Shown: positions 20,580 through 31,150, numbered from the stretch's first letter. The stretch is DNA of 64,000 bases from Actinomycetota bacterium (GCA_023488435.1 JAMDCK010000030.1:20177-84176), one strand, 5' to 3'. Program-made: numbers and translations. Notes: generated by a model from the sequence alone, not told the origin.

Positions 20580-21379
20580 TGGAGATTTTTTGGGCGCTCG
20601 TACTCGGTATTGTTCAGGGCTTCGCTGAGTTTCTGCCGATCTCTTCCTCTGGTCACCTTCGTCTCATCCAAGATATGTTCTTGCTACCGGAAACCTTTGG
20701 GCTAGCTTTCGATGTCTTGTTGCATATTGGAACCCTATTGGCCGTCGTGGTGTATTTTCGGGGCGACTTGGCCCATATGGCCTCTGCTGTTCTCACCAAT
20801 GCCCCTGAGCGACAGGATGATAGGCGACTTCTGTTTCTGATCGTGGTCGCCACAGTTCCTACCGGGCTAATCGGATTATTCGGCGCAGATTGGTTCGAGA
20901 ATGTTCCTACTCTCTTCATCGGAATCGGTCTCGTCGTCACTGCACTTCTCTTGAAGGCGGCAGATCGTTTGTCTAGACGCTCCATACATTCTGCCGGCAG
21001 ACTGGGCTACGTACCTGCACTGCTCATCGGTGTTGCGCAGGGCCTCGCAATCATGCCGGGCATCTCAAGATCCGGTGCTACCATGGCGGCCGGGCTTGGA
21101 CTGGGTCTAGATCGCGAGCAGGCAGCGAGGTTTTCCTTCCTCTTGTCAATCCCAGTGATTTTGCTGGCATCAATGAAGGAGGGGTATGAGGTGGTGGTCC
21201 TGAACGAGCCCATCCCGGGAACTGCGGCAATCTTGGTGGGATTGCTCGCGTCTACGATAACAGGGTATATCGCGATCGCTGGCCTCATGCGCTTCATCAA
21301 GAGCAATTCTTTCACCGTGTTCTCAATCTACACGGCTATACTTGGTGTTGCCGTGATAATCTGGCAAACGGTAGGGTAG
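20579..21379 (+). CDS. uppP: Undecaprenyl-diphosphate phosphatase (BacA/UppP)
   Basis: MEIFWALVLGIVQGFAEFLPISSSGH and PGISRSG motifs in a polytopic membrane protein. The ATG at 20579 overlaps the rnj TGA. The tracked start at 20522 is probably an over-extension. Confidence 0.92.
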   Translation: MEIFWALVLGIVQGFAEFLPISSSGHLRLIQDMFLLPETFGLAFDVLLHIGTLLAVVVYFRGDLAHMASAVLTNAPERQDDRRLLFLIVVATVPTGLIGLFGADWFENVPTLFIGIGLVVTALLLKAADRLSRRSIHSAGRLGYVPALLIGVAQGLAIMPGISRSGATMAAGLGLGLDREQAARFSFLLSIPVILLASMKEGYEVVVLNEPIPGTAAILVGLLASTITGYIAIAGLMRFIKSNSFTVFSIYTAILGVAVIIWQTVG

Positions 21380-21403
21380 GAAGGGGCGTCGCACGGGATC
21401 GAG

Positions 21404-23653
21404 ATGACCTCAAACAACAAGAAACGTTCTCGAACTGCTAGCGCCGCAAAGCGTACCGCGGGGCGCAGGGTTGATCCAGCCAGCCCAATGCTTGACCAGA
21501 GCTCCCGCTACGACATCATCGGGATCAGTCTGTGTGCACTCGCGATTGCGATGGGTATTGCACTCTTTGCGGAGGGCACTGGCATCGCCGGGGAGTACTT
21601 TTCCCAGATAGTAGCGCTGGCGTTTGGAGACGGTGGCTACGTTCTCCCAGTTATCATAATGGTTTTTGGGGTAACCTTTTTTCTCCGGCTGAACACACTT
21701 ACTGAGGCTAGAGTCGGTATGGGCCTGCTGCTGATGTTCACAGCCCTGGTGTCGATGTTTTCCGTTGGCGCACCCCTCGAAAACTTTTGGACCCCCGAGA
21801 GCGTTGCCGCACGAGGGGGCTATTATGGAGCGGCGATTGCTTGGGTACTGGTCAGCATGGTTGGGGATACCATCGCGTATGTCTTCCTTGTTGCACTGAT
21901 GCTTATCGGCCTCGTGCTGAGTGGAGCCTCAATTTCGTCGGCAATCTCCTGGATCCGCAACTCATATTCAGCGACTGGCGGTGAAGATAATGAGGTCAGA
22001 TCCAAGAAGCGCTCTCAGCCTCGTGCCAAGGATGTTTCCCCTATGCCGGATCCTGTCGGGAGGGTTAACCCTGAGACTTATGCTGAGACGGTACGGCCAC
22101 CACGGCCTTCGGCTCAAGAAGATCCAGCCAGACATCGCAAGACAACGCCTTCACCCCATTTCGCTGCACCGAGAGCAATGGAAGGTTTCGAGCTTCCGGC
22201 CCCAACACTCCTGGAGAGGACCAGCTCCCGCACAGCTAGTGTGAACAACGACCGCGAATTGGCTCTCACAGCTCGTCTGATTGAGGACACGCTGGCTACG
22301 TTCGATATACCGGCTAAGGTTTTGCGATGGGTGCCTGGGCCTACGGTGACGATGTTCGAACTCGATCTAACCCGAGGAATCAAAGTAAGCAGAGTTACCA
22401 CTTTGGCCGACGACCTCGCCCTGTCTTTAGCGGCGCCAACCGTTCGTATCTTGGCCCCAATTCCGGGAAAGTCGCTTGTTGGAATCGAAGTTCCCAACGA
22501 CCGACGACAGACCGTGACCTTGGGTGATGTGTTGGGAGCCGACTCGAAGATGCATACTTCGGCTGGCCCTTTGTTGCTGGGAGTTGGGAAGGATGTTGGC
22601 GGGGAGTCGGTACTGGCAGATTTGGCGACAATGCCTCATTTGTTGATAGCCGGATCGACGGGTACCGGAAAATCGGTCTGCATCAACGCATTGCTTTCGA
22701 GCATTCTAATGCGGGCTACCCCAAGTGAGGTCCGACTGATTCTCATCGACCCCAAGAGGATCGAATTGTCCCTGTACAACGGGATTCCTCACCTGTACGT
22801 TCCTGTGGTCACCGAGGCCAAGCAGGCCGCCAGCGCACTCGCGTGGTCGGTATCGGAGATGGAAAGGCGACTGAAGTTGCTCCAATCCGCTGGCGCCAGG
22901 AACATTGGGATGTACAACGGTCTCTTGCACGCCGGCAAACTTCCTGAAGATGCCCAAGAACTACCCTATCTTGTTATTGTGATCGACGAACTTGCGGACC
23001 TAATGATGGTTGTTGCCAAAGAGGTCGAGGACTCGATCTGCCGGCTGGCTCAGATGGCTAGAGCCGCGGGAATCCACCTGATAGTGGCCACTCAGCGGCC
23101 TAGTACCGACATCATTACCGGCCTGATAAAGACCAATATCACCAATAGGATTGCCTTTGCCGTGGGCAGCAGTATCGACAGCCGAGTCATCCTGGATCAA
23201 CCCGGTGCCGAGAAGTTGGTTGGCTTGGGCGACATGCTCTTTTCGATGCCTGCTTGGCCGAAACCCAAGAGGATTCAAGGGGCATATATCTCAGAGGCTG
23301 AGATCGCCAAGATCATGGAGCACGTCAAATCACAGGCCAATCCCGACTATCATGAAGAGATCCTGACTTTGAAAGTGGCTCAGTCAGGCGGGGGTGTTGA
23401 CACGGGGGGAGATGAAGATCCCCTATTGTGGGAGGCAGCCGACATCGTGGTTACCAGTGGCATCGGATCAACATCACTTTTGCAACGCCGGCTAAAGGTC
23501 GGGTATGCTCGTGCTGGCAGGATTATGGACATGCTGGAAACTCGCGGTATCGTCGGACTGCCTGATGGTAGCCGTCCCCGTGAAGTCTTGATCGACATTC
23601 AGGATCTTGAGGCGATGATGGCCCTCGACGCCCGGGATATAACCGGAGATTGA
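21404..23653 (+). CDS. ftsK: DNA translocase FtsK/SpoIIIE
   Basis: N-terminal transmembrane segments, a Pro/Arg-rich linker, Walker A GSTGTGKS, Walker B VIVIDELADL, and a C-terminal gamma domain. Confidence 0.95.
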   Translation: MTSNNKKRSRTASAAKRTAGRRVDPASPMLDQSSRYDIIGISLCALAIAMGIALFAEGTGIAGEYFSQIVALAFGDGGYVLPVIIMVFGVTFFLRLNTLTEARVGMGLLLMFTALVSMFSVGAPLENFWTPESVAARGGYYGAAIAWVLVSMVGDTIAYVFLVALMLIGLVLSGASISSAISWIRNSYSATGGEDNEVRSKKRSQPRAKDVSPMPDPVGRVNPETYAETVRPPRPSAQEDPARHRKTTPSPHFAAPRAMEGFELPAPTLLERTSSRTASVNNDRELALTARLIEDTLATFDIPAKVLRWVPGPTVTMFELDLTRGIKVSRVTTLADDLALSLAAPTVRILAPIPGKSLVGIEVPNDRRQTVTLGDVLGADSKMHTSAGPLLLGVGKDVGGESVLADLATMPHLLIAGSTGTGKSVCINALLSSILMRATPSEVRLILIDPKRIELSLYNGIPHLYVPVVTEAKQAASALAWSVSEMERRLKLLQSAGARNIGMYNGLLHAGKLPEDAQELPYLVIVIDELADLMMVVAKEVEDSICRLAQMARAAGIHLIVATQRPSTDIITGLIKTNITNRIAFAVGSSIDSRVILDQPGAEKLVGLGDMLFSMPAWPKPKRIQGAYISEAEIAKIMEHVKSQANPDYHEEILTLKVAQSGGGVDTGGDEDPLLWEAADIVVTSGIGSTSLLQRRLKVGYARAGRIMDMLETRGIVGLPDGSRPREVLIDIQDLEAMMALDARDITGD

Positions 23654-23662
23654 GAATCAGCT

Positions 23663-24424
23663 ATGGCCGACACAGTTGGGCGACAACTCTCAAGAGCCAG
23701 ACGTGCGCTTGGAATCACTCTCAAAGAAGCTGAGTCAGCCACCAAAATTCGATCCAAGAACCTCCAATCGATAGAGGACGGGCACTACGACGCCATCCCT
23801 GAACCGGTCTATCTTCGCGGTTATGTGATCGCGTACGCAAAGTATCTAGATCTTGATCCGGTACCGTTGCTTGAAACACTTCAACTGGAGATAGGCGCGA
23901 TTACGGAGCCCCCGCGAATAAGACCGCGAGAATCTCGACCCTTACGGGCAACTGAAACTGGACCAGCATTAAAGACAGGAGTTACAGTCCTAATCGCTTT
24001 GGTCGTCTTAGCAGGTCTTGTCTTCGGCGCAATTCGGCTGACCGGAACCCGCGACCCACTTCCGCCGATTCCACCGATAGACGAGTCCACTCCAAGTGTT
24101 GAGGCGGTCCGCGATCAGACTCCATCGGCTTCCGCCGTAGGAACACCACCAACACAGAGTATCGTTGACCCGCAGTCCATAGTCGATGACTTCACGTTGA
24201 GGATTAGTGTCAGGCCAGAAACCTCTTCCTGGCTCAGGGTGTCGGTTGATGGGCGGGTTGCTTATGAGGGCGTCTTAATCGGCGACCAGTCTCGTGAGTG
24301 GCTTGTGACTGACAGTGCTACCATTAGGGTTGGAAGACCATCAGCGGTAGAGATCACTAAGAATGGCCAGCAAGTAGCAATTCCTCCAGGTTCGTCAACA
24401 CCGGAAATCACACTGGAGCCTTGA
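23663..24424 (+). CDS. RodZ-like membrane protein (N-terminal HTH, one TM, C-terminal DUF4115-like domain)
   Basis: Contains an XRE-type HTH (LSRARRALGITLKEAESATKIRSKNLQSIE), one TM segment (VTVLIALVVLAGLVFGAI) and a beta-rich C-terminus. Confidence 0.7.
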   Translation: MADTVGRQLSRARRALGITLKEAESATKIRSKNLQSIEDGHYDAIPEPVYLRGYVIAYAKYLDLDPVPLLETLQLEIGAITEPPRIRPRESRPLRATETGPALKTGVTVLIALVVLAGLVFGAIRLTGTRDPLPPIPPIDESTPSVEAVRDQTPSASAVGTPPTQSIVDPQSIVDDFTLRISVRPETSSWLRVSVDGRVAYEGVLIGDQSREWLVTDSATIRVGRPSAVEITKNGQQVAIPPGSSTPEITLEP

Positions 24425-24488
24425 TATCCACCGAAGGGTCTTATATCAATAGATGTTGATACAAGATTCGCGCTGAAAGGTTCAATGG

Positions 24489-24986
24489 ATGGCAAAAGAT
24501 CAAAGTTTCGATATCGTCAGCCAGGTCGATGTCCATGAAGTCGACAACGCTGTCCGCCAGGCACAAAAGGAGATCATTCAACGCTATGATCTTAAGGACA
24601 GTGGATCATCGGTCGATCTGGACAAGTCCGCTCCCTCAGTTACTGTGGTCGCACCGAGTGATTTCATAGCTAAGCAGGTTCGTGATGTCCTTGAGTCCAA
24701 GCTTGTCAAACGAGCCGTTGATCTTGCCTCGCTCTCATGGGCGGCTCCTCAGCCCATCTCGGGCGGGAAGGTCAAGGTCAGTGCTACGATTATCAACGGA
24801 ATAGACCCTGACATCTCAAAGAGGGTCAACAAAGACATTCGAGACCAGAAATTCAAGGTCAAGGTCCAGATTGAAGGGGACAAGCTCCGCGTTTCGGGGC
24901 CCAAACGCGATGACCTACAGGCGGTCATCGCTTTCCTGAAAGAGCAAGACTACGGCATTCCCCTCCAGTATACGAATTATCGCTAG
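24489..24986 (+). CDS. yajQ: YajQ family nucleotide-binding protein (UPF0234/DUF520)
   Basis: 165 aa with the typical start SFDIVS.VD..EV.NAV.QA.KEI..RYD.K. Confidence 0.85.
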   Translation: MAKDQSFDIVSQVDVHEVDNAVRQAQKEIIQRYDLKDSGSSVDLDKSAPSVTVVAPSDFIAKQVRDVLESKLVKRAVDLASLSWAAPQPISGGKVKVSATIINGIDPDISKRVNKDIRDQKFKVKVQIEGDKLRVSGPKRDDLQAVIAFLKEQDYGIPLQYTNYR

Positions 24987-26336
24987 ATGAGTTACCGGCA
25001 CACAGGAAGTCCTGCCCACCGACCTTCCGTTCACTTTGTCACTCTGGGCTGCCCAAAGAACGAGGTTGACTCAGACGAGATGGCTACGGACGTGGTCGCT
25101 TCGGGATATGAGGTGACGGCCGATCTAGGTGAAGCACAAGTCGTTGTTTTGAATACTTGTGGTTTCATCCGTGATGCTGTTGAAGAATCAGTGGCAGAAG
25201 CGTTGGAGCTCGCTGAGTGGCGATCCCTCGAGGAAGGGCGCCGCCTGATCGTTGCTGGTTGTATGGTCTCTCGATACGGGAACGAATTCGTGGAGTCTTT
25301 TCCCGAGGCAGACGCAGTGATATCTCTTGCGGATAGGCATTCCCTCGCCTCGGTCATTTCGACATTGGTTGGTCCTCCAAAAACCGACGAATCGTCCCGG
25401 CGTGCCGCCCGTCAAAGTGCTTCGGTGCCTACGCCTCACGCCTACCTCATGATAAGCGATGGCTGTGATCGCGTTTGTTCGTACTGCACAATACCCTCTA
25501 TTCGAGGAAGATATCGAAGCAAGGCATTCGAAAAGGTCCTCAATGAAGCCGATGCGATGGTTAGGTCAGGAGCCAGAGAGATTATCTTCATTGGGCAGGA
25601 CATCACTTCGTGGGGCAAGGACTTACCCGACGACCCGAGAACCCTTGTAGACCTGGTTGATTCGGTTTCAGAGACATCGGGTCTGAACTGGTTACGGTTA
25701 ATGTACTGTCAGCCCAACGGTCTGACCGATGAGCTGCTTGAGCTGATGGCACGTAAACGAAACATCTGCAACTATCTCGACATCCCCCTTCAGCACGTCT
25801 CAGAAGACATCCTACGGTCAATGCGACGCAGTGGCTCTCCAGATGAGCTCCGTGCGTTGATCGCAAATATTCGGACCCGGGTGCCAGATATCATCTTACG
25901 CACTACATTCATCGCCGGCTTTCCCGGCGAGACCCGCTATCACAGCTCGGAGCTCATGAAGTTCGTTGAGGAGACAGGTTTCGATTATGTCGGAGTATTT
26001 CCCTTCTCCCCCGAGCACGGAACCGCAGCCTACGATCTACCGGATCAAATTTCGTCGAGAACTAGGGTCGCCCGCGCCCAAAAAATCCGCGATTTGGCGG
26101 ACTCGGTTGCTTTTGAGAAGAATGCCGGACACGTTGGCAGACAAATGTCGGTTCTTTCTGTCGGTGTTGACGAGGAAGGCATGAACATCGGCCGATGGGC
26201 AGGCCAGGCTCCCGACATAGACGGAGTTGTCATTCTCGACAGAGTAGTTCCGGTGGGGCAGTTCGTACAAGCAATTATCGTCGACTCTCTCGGATATGAC
26301 TTGGTTGGGGAGGTGTGCTCTGATCAGACTTTCTGA
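24987..26336 (+). CDS. rimO: Ribosomal protein S12 methylthiotransferase RimO
   Basis: Contains an MTTase N-domain (TLGCPKNEVDSD), a radical SAM motif CDRVCSYCTIP and a C-terminal TRAM domain. Confidence 0.9.
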   Translation: MSYRHTGSPAHRPSVHFVTLGCPKNEVDSDEMATDVVASGYEVTADLGEAQVVVLNTCGFIRDAVEESVAEALELAEWRSLEEGRRLIVAGCMVSRYGNEFVESFPEADAVISLADRHSLASVISTLVGPPKTDESSRRAARQSASVPTPHAYLMISDGCDRVCSYCTIPSIRGRYRSKAFEKVLNEADAMVRSGAREIIFIGQDITSWGKDLPDDPRTLVDLVDSVSETSGLNWLRLMYCQPNGLTDELLELMARKRNICNYLDIPLQHVSEDILRSMRRSGSPDELRALIANIRTRVPDIILRTTFIAGFPGETRYHSSELMKFVEETGFDYVGVFPFSPEHGTAAYDLPDQISSRTRVARAQKIRDLADSVAFEKNAGHVGRQMSVLSVGVDEEGMNIGRWAGQAPDIDGVVILDRVVPVGQFVQAIIVDSLGYDLVGEVCSDQTF

Positions 26337-26934
26337 CATCGGGTGGGCGAACAGAATCACTATCGCTCGAATGGTGTTCATTCCCGTAGTAGTCGTCGTC
26401 TTACTTGCCCGGCTGCCCGATTGGGGACCATGGTGGGCCGCGGCGCTTTTCGCCTTCCTTGCTGCCACAGATGCGGTCGATGGCTACGTCGCTAGAACTA
26501 GGAATCAGATCACTACTTTTGGGAAGCTCATCGATCCACTCGCCGATAAACTCCTAGTCACTGCAGCCCTCATTTCGCTAGTCGAGCTTGGTGCGGTGCC
26601 AGCGTGGGTTGCCCTAGTAATCATTTCGCGTGAGTTCATCGTCACGGGTCTGCGAATGGTGGCGGTCGCTGAAGGACGCACAATCGCAGCGGGAAACTTC
26701 GGAAAGGCCAAGACAGTTCTCCAAGTTATTGCGATAGTTGCTTTCATACTCAAGGACACCGATCCGATCGTTGCGCTGGGACACCAAGCGGTGGTCTTCG
26801 CCAACGTGTTCGCCTGGGGGCTCATGGGTGCAGCCCTGATACTGACTGTTACTTCTATGATCGATTACTTTTACCATGCCCGTGATGTCATCAAGATCGA
26901 AGATGGACCTAATGGGAACAAAGATTCCAGCTAG
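26296..26934 (+). CDS. pgsA: CDP-diacylglycerol--glycerol-3-phosphate 3-phosphatidyltransferase
   Basis: CDP-alcohol motif DAVDGYVARTRNQITTFGKLIDPLADKL in the conserved rimO/pgsA/cinA/recA context. The start is uncertain because the ORF overlaps the end of rimO. Confidence 0.88.
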   Translation: MTWLGRCALIRLSDIGWANRITIARMVFIPVVVVVLLARLPDWGPWWAAALFAFLAATDAVDGYVARTRNQITTFGKLIDPLADKLLVTAALISLVELGAVPAWVALVIISREFIVTGLRMVAVAEGRTIAAGNFGKAKTVLQVIAIVAFILKDTDPIVALGHQAVVFANVFAWGLMGAALILTVTSMIDYFYHARDVIKIEDGPNGNKDSS

Positions 26935-27451
26935 CGCCGACTCAGACCCCTCGGCGCAACAGGCAGTCGAAACCCTTCTTCGAACTGCTCGCTCATCCGG
27001 GGTCACCCTGTGCGTAGCTGAGTCCTGTACCGGCGGCCTTTTGGCTGCCCTAGTCACTGAGGCCCCTGGTGCATCACAGGTCTTTCAGGGTGGTGTAGTG
27101 GCATACTCCAACCGACTCAAGATTGATGTCCTCGGCGTGGATCAGACACTACTGTCTACACATGGATCCGTCAGCCCAGAAGTCGCAAAAGCTATGGCCC
27201 TTGGTTCATTGTGTTTATGTACAGCCGATGTCGCACTCTCTATCACTGGTATTGCGGGACCCACAGGTGGCTTGCCCGACAAGCCGGTGGGCCTTGTTTG
27301 GTACGGTATCGCGATCCGAACGTCTGACGCGATCGACACCTTCACCGAGTCTCGCCATTTTGATGGCGATAGAGTTTCGGTCCGCCATGCCGCTGCGCTG
27401 CATGGTTTGCGCCTCTTGCAAGATGCTGTTGCCCCATGTGAGGGCACCTGA
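26876..27451 (+). CDS. cinA: CinA C-terminal domain protein / nicotinamide-nucleotide amidohydrolase (PncC-like)
   Basis: CVAESCTGGLLA and GIAGPTGG motifs. Only the CinA C-terminal domain is present. The likely start is an internal Met near 26903-26912. Confidence 0.85.
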   Translation: MPVMSSRSKMDLMGTKIPASADSDPSAQQAVETLLRTARSSGVTLCVAESCTGGLLAALVTEAPGASQVFQGGVVAYSNRLKIDVLGVDQTLLSTHGSVSPEVAKAMALGSLCLCTADVALSITGIAGPTGGLPDKPVGLVWYGIAIRTSDAIDTFTESRHFDGDRVSVRHAAALHGLRLLQDAVAPCEGT

Positions 27452-28026
27452 TGCGCGCCTTCGCTGCCGTAGAGCCCTCCGACCAACTTCGGGATTACCT
27501 TCAGCAGCTGTGTCGGAGAATCCGAAACGCCGATAACATTTGGGCCACTCAAAGATGGACTAGTCCTGAAAACTATCACATCACGCTAAAGTTCTTCGGC
27601 TCCATTCCGACTCCGGTTTGCCTGGCCCTTGTACGAGATTTGCAGGCATGTCTCTCAAGCCACCGAAAGTTCAAGTTGCCGATCTCTGAAATAGTCACGG
27701 ATTTTCCTCGGGGACAAGGCGTCAAGTTGTTGATGACTGCTTTCTCCGATCCGGTTGGCGATTTTGCTCGACTTAGGAGGGTGTTGGATGGTGTAGGCAC
27801 AGCCTATGGAGTTCCCTCGGATCACCGAGAAGCCCTGCCTCATATAACCCTTGCGCGTGCCTCTCGGATCGGCCTCCAAATCCCATCCATAGAATCATAT
27901 GGATCCGGCCCCCGCGATCTTGTAGATGAGTGTATCAATGTAGATGCGGTGTCCATCTTTTCAAGCGAGCTTACAAGAGAGGGGCCTCGCTACAACCTCC
28001 AAGTAAAGATTCAGCTTATGGATTGA
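27451..28026 (+). CDS. thpR: RNA 2',3'-cyclic phosphodiesterase (2H family, ThpR/LigT)
   Basis: Contains two HxT/S motifs: HITLKF and HITLAR. Confidence 0.85.
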   Translation: MRAFAAVEPSDQLRDYLQQLCRRIRNADNIWATQRWTSPENYHITLKFFGSIPTPVCLALVRDLQACLSSHRKFKLPISEIVTDFPRGQGVKLLMTAFSDPVGDFARLRRVLDGVGTAYGVPSDHREALPHITLARASRIGLQIPSIESYGSGPRDLVDECINVDAVSIFSSELTREGPRYNLQVKIQLMD

Positions 28027-28050
28027 CAGCGAACATTTGTTCGATATACA
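28023..28050 (+). promoter_or_regulatory. recA promoter with a LexA (Cheo/SOS) box in the spacer
   Basis: TTGACA (28023-28028), a 16-nt spacer, then TATACA (28045-28050). The perfect palindrome CGAACATTTGTTCG (28030-28043) fills the spacer, 55 nt upstream of the recA ATG. Confidence 0.75.
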
Positions 28051-28098
28051 CTTCGCGTAAGTGATGCGACGGCCTTCGATTATTGGGAGTGGAAGAAC

Positions 28099-29133
28099 AT
28101 GGATTCAGAGAAAACTAAGATTCTCGACGTTACCAAGGATCAAATCGACCGAAAGTTCGGCAAGGGCTCCCTTATGAAGTTGGGTGAACACGCTGCGGTT
28201 ATGAAGGTCGCCGCAATACCCACAGGGTCCTTGGCGCTTGATGCAGCACTTGGAATCGGGGGAGTGCCACGTGGAAGGATCGTAGAGATCTACGGACCCG
28301 AATCGAGCGGAAAAACGACCCTGGCTCTACAGATATTAGCCGAAGCGCAGGCTCAAGGCGGCATCGTTGCATTCATCGATGCAGAGCATGCCCTTGACCC
28401 AACCTACGCCTCAGCTCTTGGTGTAGACGTTGATGAGCTACTAATCTCTCAGCCCGACACGGGGGAGCAGGCTCTCGAGATCGCAGACATGCTCGTTCGT
28501 AGCGGCGCAATCGATGCAGTGGTCATAGACTCGGTCGCAGCGCTGGTCCCCAGAGCTGAGCTTGAGGGTGAGATGGGGGACGTGACAGTTGGCTTGCAGG
28601 CGCGACTCATGAGTCAAGCACTCAGAAAACTTGCGGGCTCGTTGAATAAATCCGCAACCACATGCATATTCATCAATCAGCTGCGTGAGAAGATCGGAGT
28701 GATGTTCGGTAGTCCCGAAACCACCTCCGGTGGCCGTGCACTTAAGTTCTACTCAACTATACGGATAGATGTTAGAAGGATCGACTCCATAAAGCAGGGA
28801 ACCGACATCGTTGGCAACCGTGTTCGCGCTAAAGTGGTAAAGAATAAGGTAGCCGCACCATTTCGTCAGGCGGAGTTCGATCTTATGTATGGACAGGGAA
28901 TCAGCAAAGAGGGAAATCTTCTGGATTTGGGTGTTGAAGAGGGTGTGATATCAAAATCAGGTTCCTGGTATACGTACAACGAAGAACGCCTGGGGCAAGG
29001 ACGTGAAGCTGCCAAAGATTTCCTTAGGGAGCATATTGACTGTCGTAATGAAATCGAATCAACAATTCGAGCCCGCCTGGGGCTTCCAGTGGTCGGCTCG
29101 CAAACGGCTATGGAGGTTCCACTGCCGGAGTAG
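28099..29133 (+). CDS. recA: Recombinase RecA
   Basis: Contains Walker [10 protein letters not shown] and the typical RecA core and L1/L2 regions. Confidence 0.98.
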   Translation: MDSEKTKILDVTKDQIDRKFGKGSLMKLGEHAAVMKVAAIPTGSLALDAALGIGGVPRGRIVEIYGPESSGKTTLALQILAEAQAQGGIVAFIDAEHALDPTYASALGVDVDELLISQPDTGEQALEIADMLVRSGAIDAVVIDSVAALVPRAELEGEMGDVTVGLQARLMSQALRKLAGSLNKSATTCIFINQLREKIGVMFGSPETTSGGRALKFYSTIRIDVRRIDSIKQGTDIVGNRVRAKVVKNKVAAPFRQAEFDLMYGQGISKEGNLLDLGVEEGVISKSGSWYTYNEERLGQGREAAKDFLREHIDCRNEIESTIRARLGLPVVGSQTAMEVPLPE

Positions 29134-29171
29134 TCACACCTGCCGGATGAGCGGCTTGCAGTACTCCTAAG

Positions 29172-29213
29172 ATCTAGGGATAGCGGGCTATCCGAGAACA
29201 GCTATCCCTAGAT
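29172..29213 (+). terminator. Perfect 13-bp-stem hairpin after recA (likely a terminator without a U tract)
   Basis: ATCTAGGGATAGC (29172-29184) pairs with GCTATCCCTAGAT (29201-29213) across a 16-nt loop. The loop contains an extra GCTATCC, which allows an alternative shorter hairpin. Confidence 0.5.
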
Positions 29214-29289
29214 AGCCATATCGAGAACACAGGTTCGGCCTTCACCCATCATTCCGTCTGGGTATTTTCGTGTGCAAATGGCGCCTTTC

Positions 29290-29318
29290 TTGATTTATCT
29301 GCATCCGAGACTTACTAT
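29290..29318 (+). promoter_or_regulatory. Candidate sigma-70-type promoter inside the long recA-rny spacer
   Basis: TTGATT (29290-29295), a 17-nt spacer, then TACTAT (29313-29318). This would give an rny leader of roughly 280 nt. Pattern match only. Confidence 0.3.
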
Positions 29319-29602
29319 TGAGCAGGTGTTATTGGATTTCACGCCGTGTGCCGCACATCAGGTGCGCCTTAGGCTTTTTGATTGGTGTACTTGCTGTTGA
29401 CCTGACGGGCTCGGGATTCCGGGCCTGAATCACTGTTTACTGCGGTTACCCACGGTTGCGATCCTACAATCGTTCCTTAGCTGTTCACTTTTAGTCGACA
29501 CACCGGATCGAGTGTACACACTGCACTAAGCGCGTGCTGTACTAGACCGTACATCACCGAGCCATTTAGACGAACAACTAAACAGTTGGGAGGAGCGCAA
29601 CG

Positions 29603-31135
29603 ATGAACGACATGCTACTCATCGTCATCGCACTAATCATCGGCGCCGTTGTCGGATACCTTGCTAATCGATTTATTCTGAAAGGTCGAATTGAGCGATC
29701 CGGCGAAGAGGCCGAACGATTGATTGCAGATGCCACCAGGCAAGCCGAGACACTACGCAAAGAAGCTGTGATTGAGGCCAAGGATCAAGCCTTCGCCCTC
29801 AAGCAAGAGACCGATCTTGAAATCAAAGAGCGCAGAAAAGAACTCTCCGCCATGGAGGGTCGTCTCACCCATCGCGAAGAGAATCTTGACAGACGAATCG
29901 AGTCCCTGGACAAAAAAGAGCATCAGCTTTCTTCACTCCAAGGTCAAATCGCCAAGAAGGAGAAGGATCTCGACGAACTCATCGACGCTCACAACGAGCG
30001 CCTGCAGTCCATCGCAGGAATAACGCGCGATGAAGCAAAGACTCAACTGTTCAGCCAGATCGAGTCGGAGGTCAAGCAGGACGCTGCGGCCATGATCAGG
30101 GAAGCCGAGGCGCTTGCACGTGAGGAGGCCGACAAGAAGGCTCGCAACATAGTTGGGGTTGCGATTCAACGTGTCGCTGCTGATCATTCGGCCGAGTCTA
30201 CCGTTTCCGTTGTGCACATTCCCAGTGATGATATGAAGGGTCGTATAATCGGCAGAGAGGGTCGCAATATCAGGGCCTTTGAGCAGATGACAGGCATCAA
30301 TTTGATAATTGATGACACCCCTGAAGCTGTGGTTCTTTCGAGCTTCGATCCTGTTCGCAGGGAAGTCGGGCGTGTCACCCTAGAGTCTCTGATTGCTGAC
30401 GGGCGTATCCATCCTGCACGTATTGAGGAGCTATTCAATAAGGCCGAACTCCAGGTCAATCAAATCATCCAGGAAGCAGGCGAACAGGCTGCCTTCGACG
30501 CTACGATACACGGACTACATGGCGAGCTCATTCGAACCATCGGTAGGCTGAAGTTCCGTACATCCTATGGCCAAAATGTCCTGAAGCATTCCCTGGAGGT
30601 TGCCCACCTAGCCGGCGTCATGGCCGCTGAACTGGGGGTTGATGTAGAACTTGCGAAGAGGGCTGGCTTATTGCATGACATCGGAAAGGCCATAGACCAC
30701 GATATAGAAGGTCCTCATGCGGTCATTGGTGCCGATTTGGCCCGCCGGATGAACGAGCCGAAGTCGGTCTTACACTGCATTGAAGCGCATCATGGTGACG
30801 TGGAACCAACGACTGTAGAAGCCGTTCTCGTACAAGCCGCAGATGCTATTTCTGCTGCCCGTCCTGGTGCCAGGAGAGAGACGCTTGAAAGCTACATCAA
30901 GCGACTGGAGAAGCTTGAGGCGGTCGCACAGTCCCATCCGGGTGTTGAAAAGAGCTACGCCATGCAAGCCGGCCGTGAAATTCGGGTCATGGTCAAGCCG
31001 GACAAGATCAGCGACTCCGATTCGGTTGTCCTAGCCAGGGACATCGCTAAGCAAATTGAGGCTGAACTCGAGTATCCTGGACAGATCAAGGTGATTGTAA
31101 TTCGCGAACGCAGAGTCGTGGAGTATGCCAAGTAG
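29603..31135 (+). CDS. rny: Ribonuclease Y
   Basis: Contains an N-terminal TM helix, a coiled coil, a KH domain ([15 protein letters not shown]) and an HD domain (LLHDIGKA). GGGAGGAG lies upstream of the ATG. Confidence 0.96.
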   Translation: MNDMLLIVIALIIGAVVGYLANRFILKGRIERSGEEAERLIADATRQAETLRKEAVIEAKDQAFALKQETDLEIKERRKELSAMEGRLTHREENLDRRIESLDKKEHQLSSLQGQIAKKEKDLDELIDAHNERLQSIAGITRDEAKTQLFSQIESEVKQDAAAMIREAEALAREEADKKARNIVGVAIQRVAADHSAESTVSVVHIPSDDMKGRIIGREGRNIRAFEQMTGINLIIDDTPEAVVLSSFDPVRREVGRVTLESLIADGRIHPARIEELFNKAELQVNQIIQEAGEQAAFDATIHGLHGELIRTIGRLKFRTSYGQNVLKHSLEVAHLAGVMAAELGVDVELAKRAGLLHDIGKAIDHDIEGPHAVIGADLARRMNEPKSVLHCIEAHHGDVEPTTVEAVLVQAADAISAARPGARRETLESYIKRLEKLEAVAQSHPGVEKSYAMQAGREIRVMVKPDKISDSDSVVLARDIAKQIEAELEYPGQIKVIVIRERRVVEYAK

Positions 31136-31150
31136 TCTGACGACCCTGAG

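Noticed and set aside
29278-29406. A 42-codon ORF (MAPFLIYLHPRL…) in the recA-rny spacer, as a candidate small protein.
   Set aside because: No Shine-Dalgarno sequence is present and the composition is unremarkable. It overlaps the better-supported promoter candidate. It cannot be supported from sequence alone.
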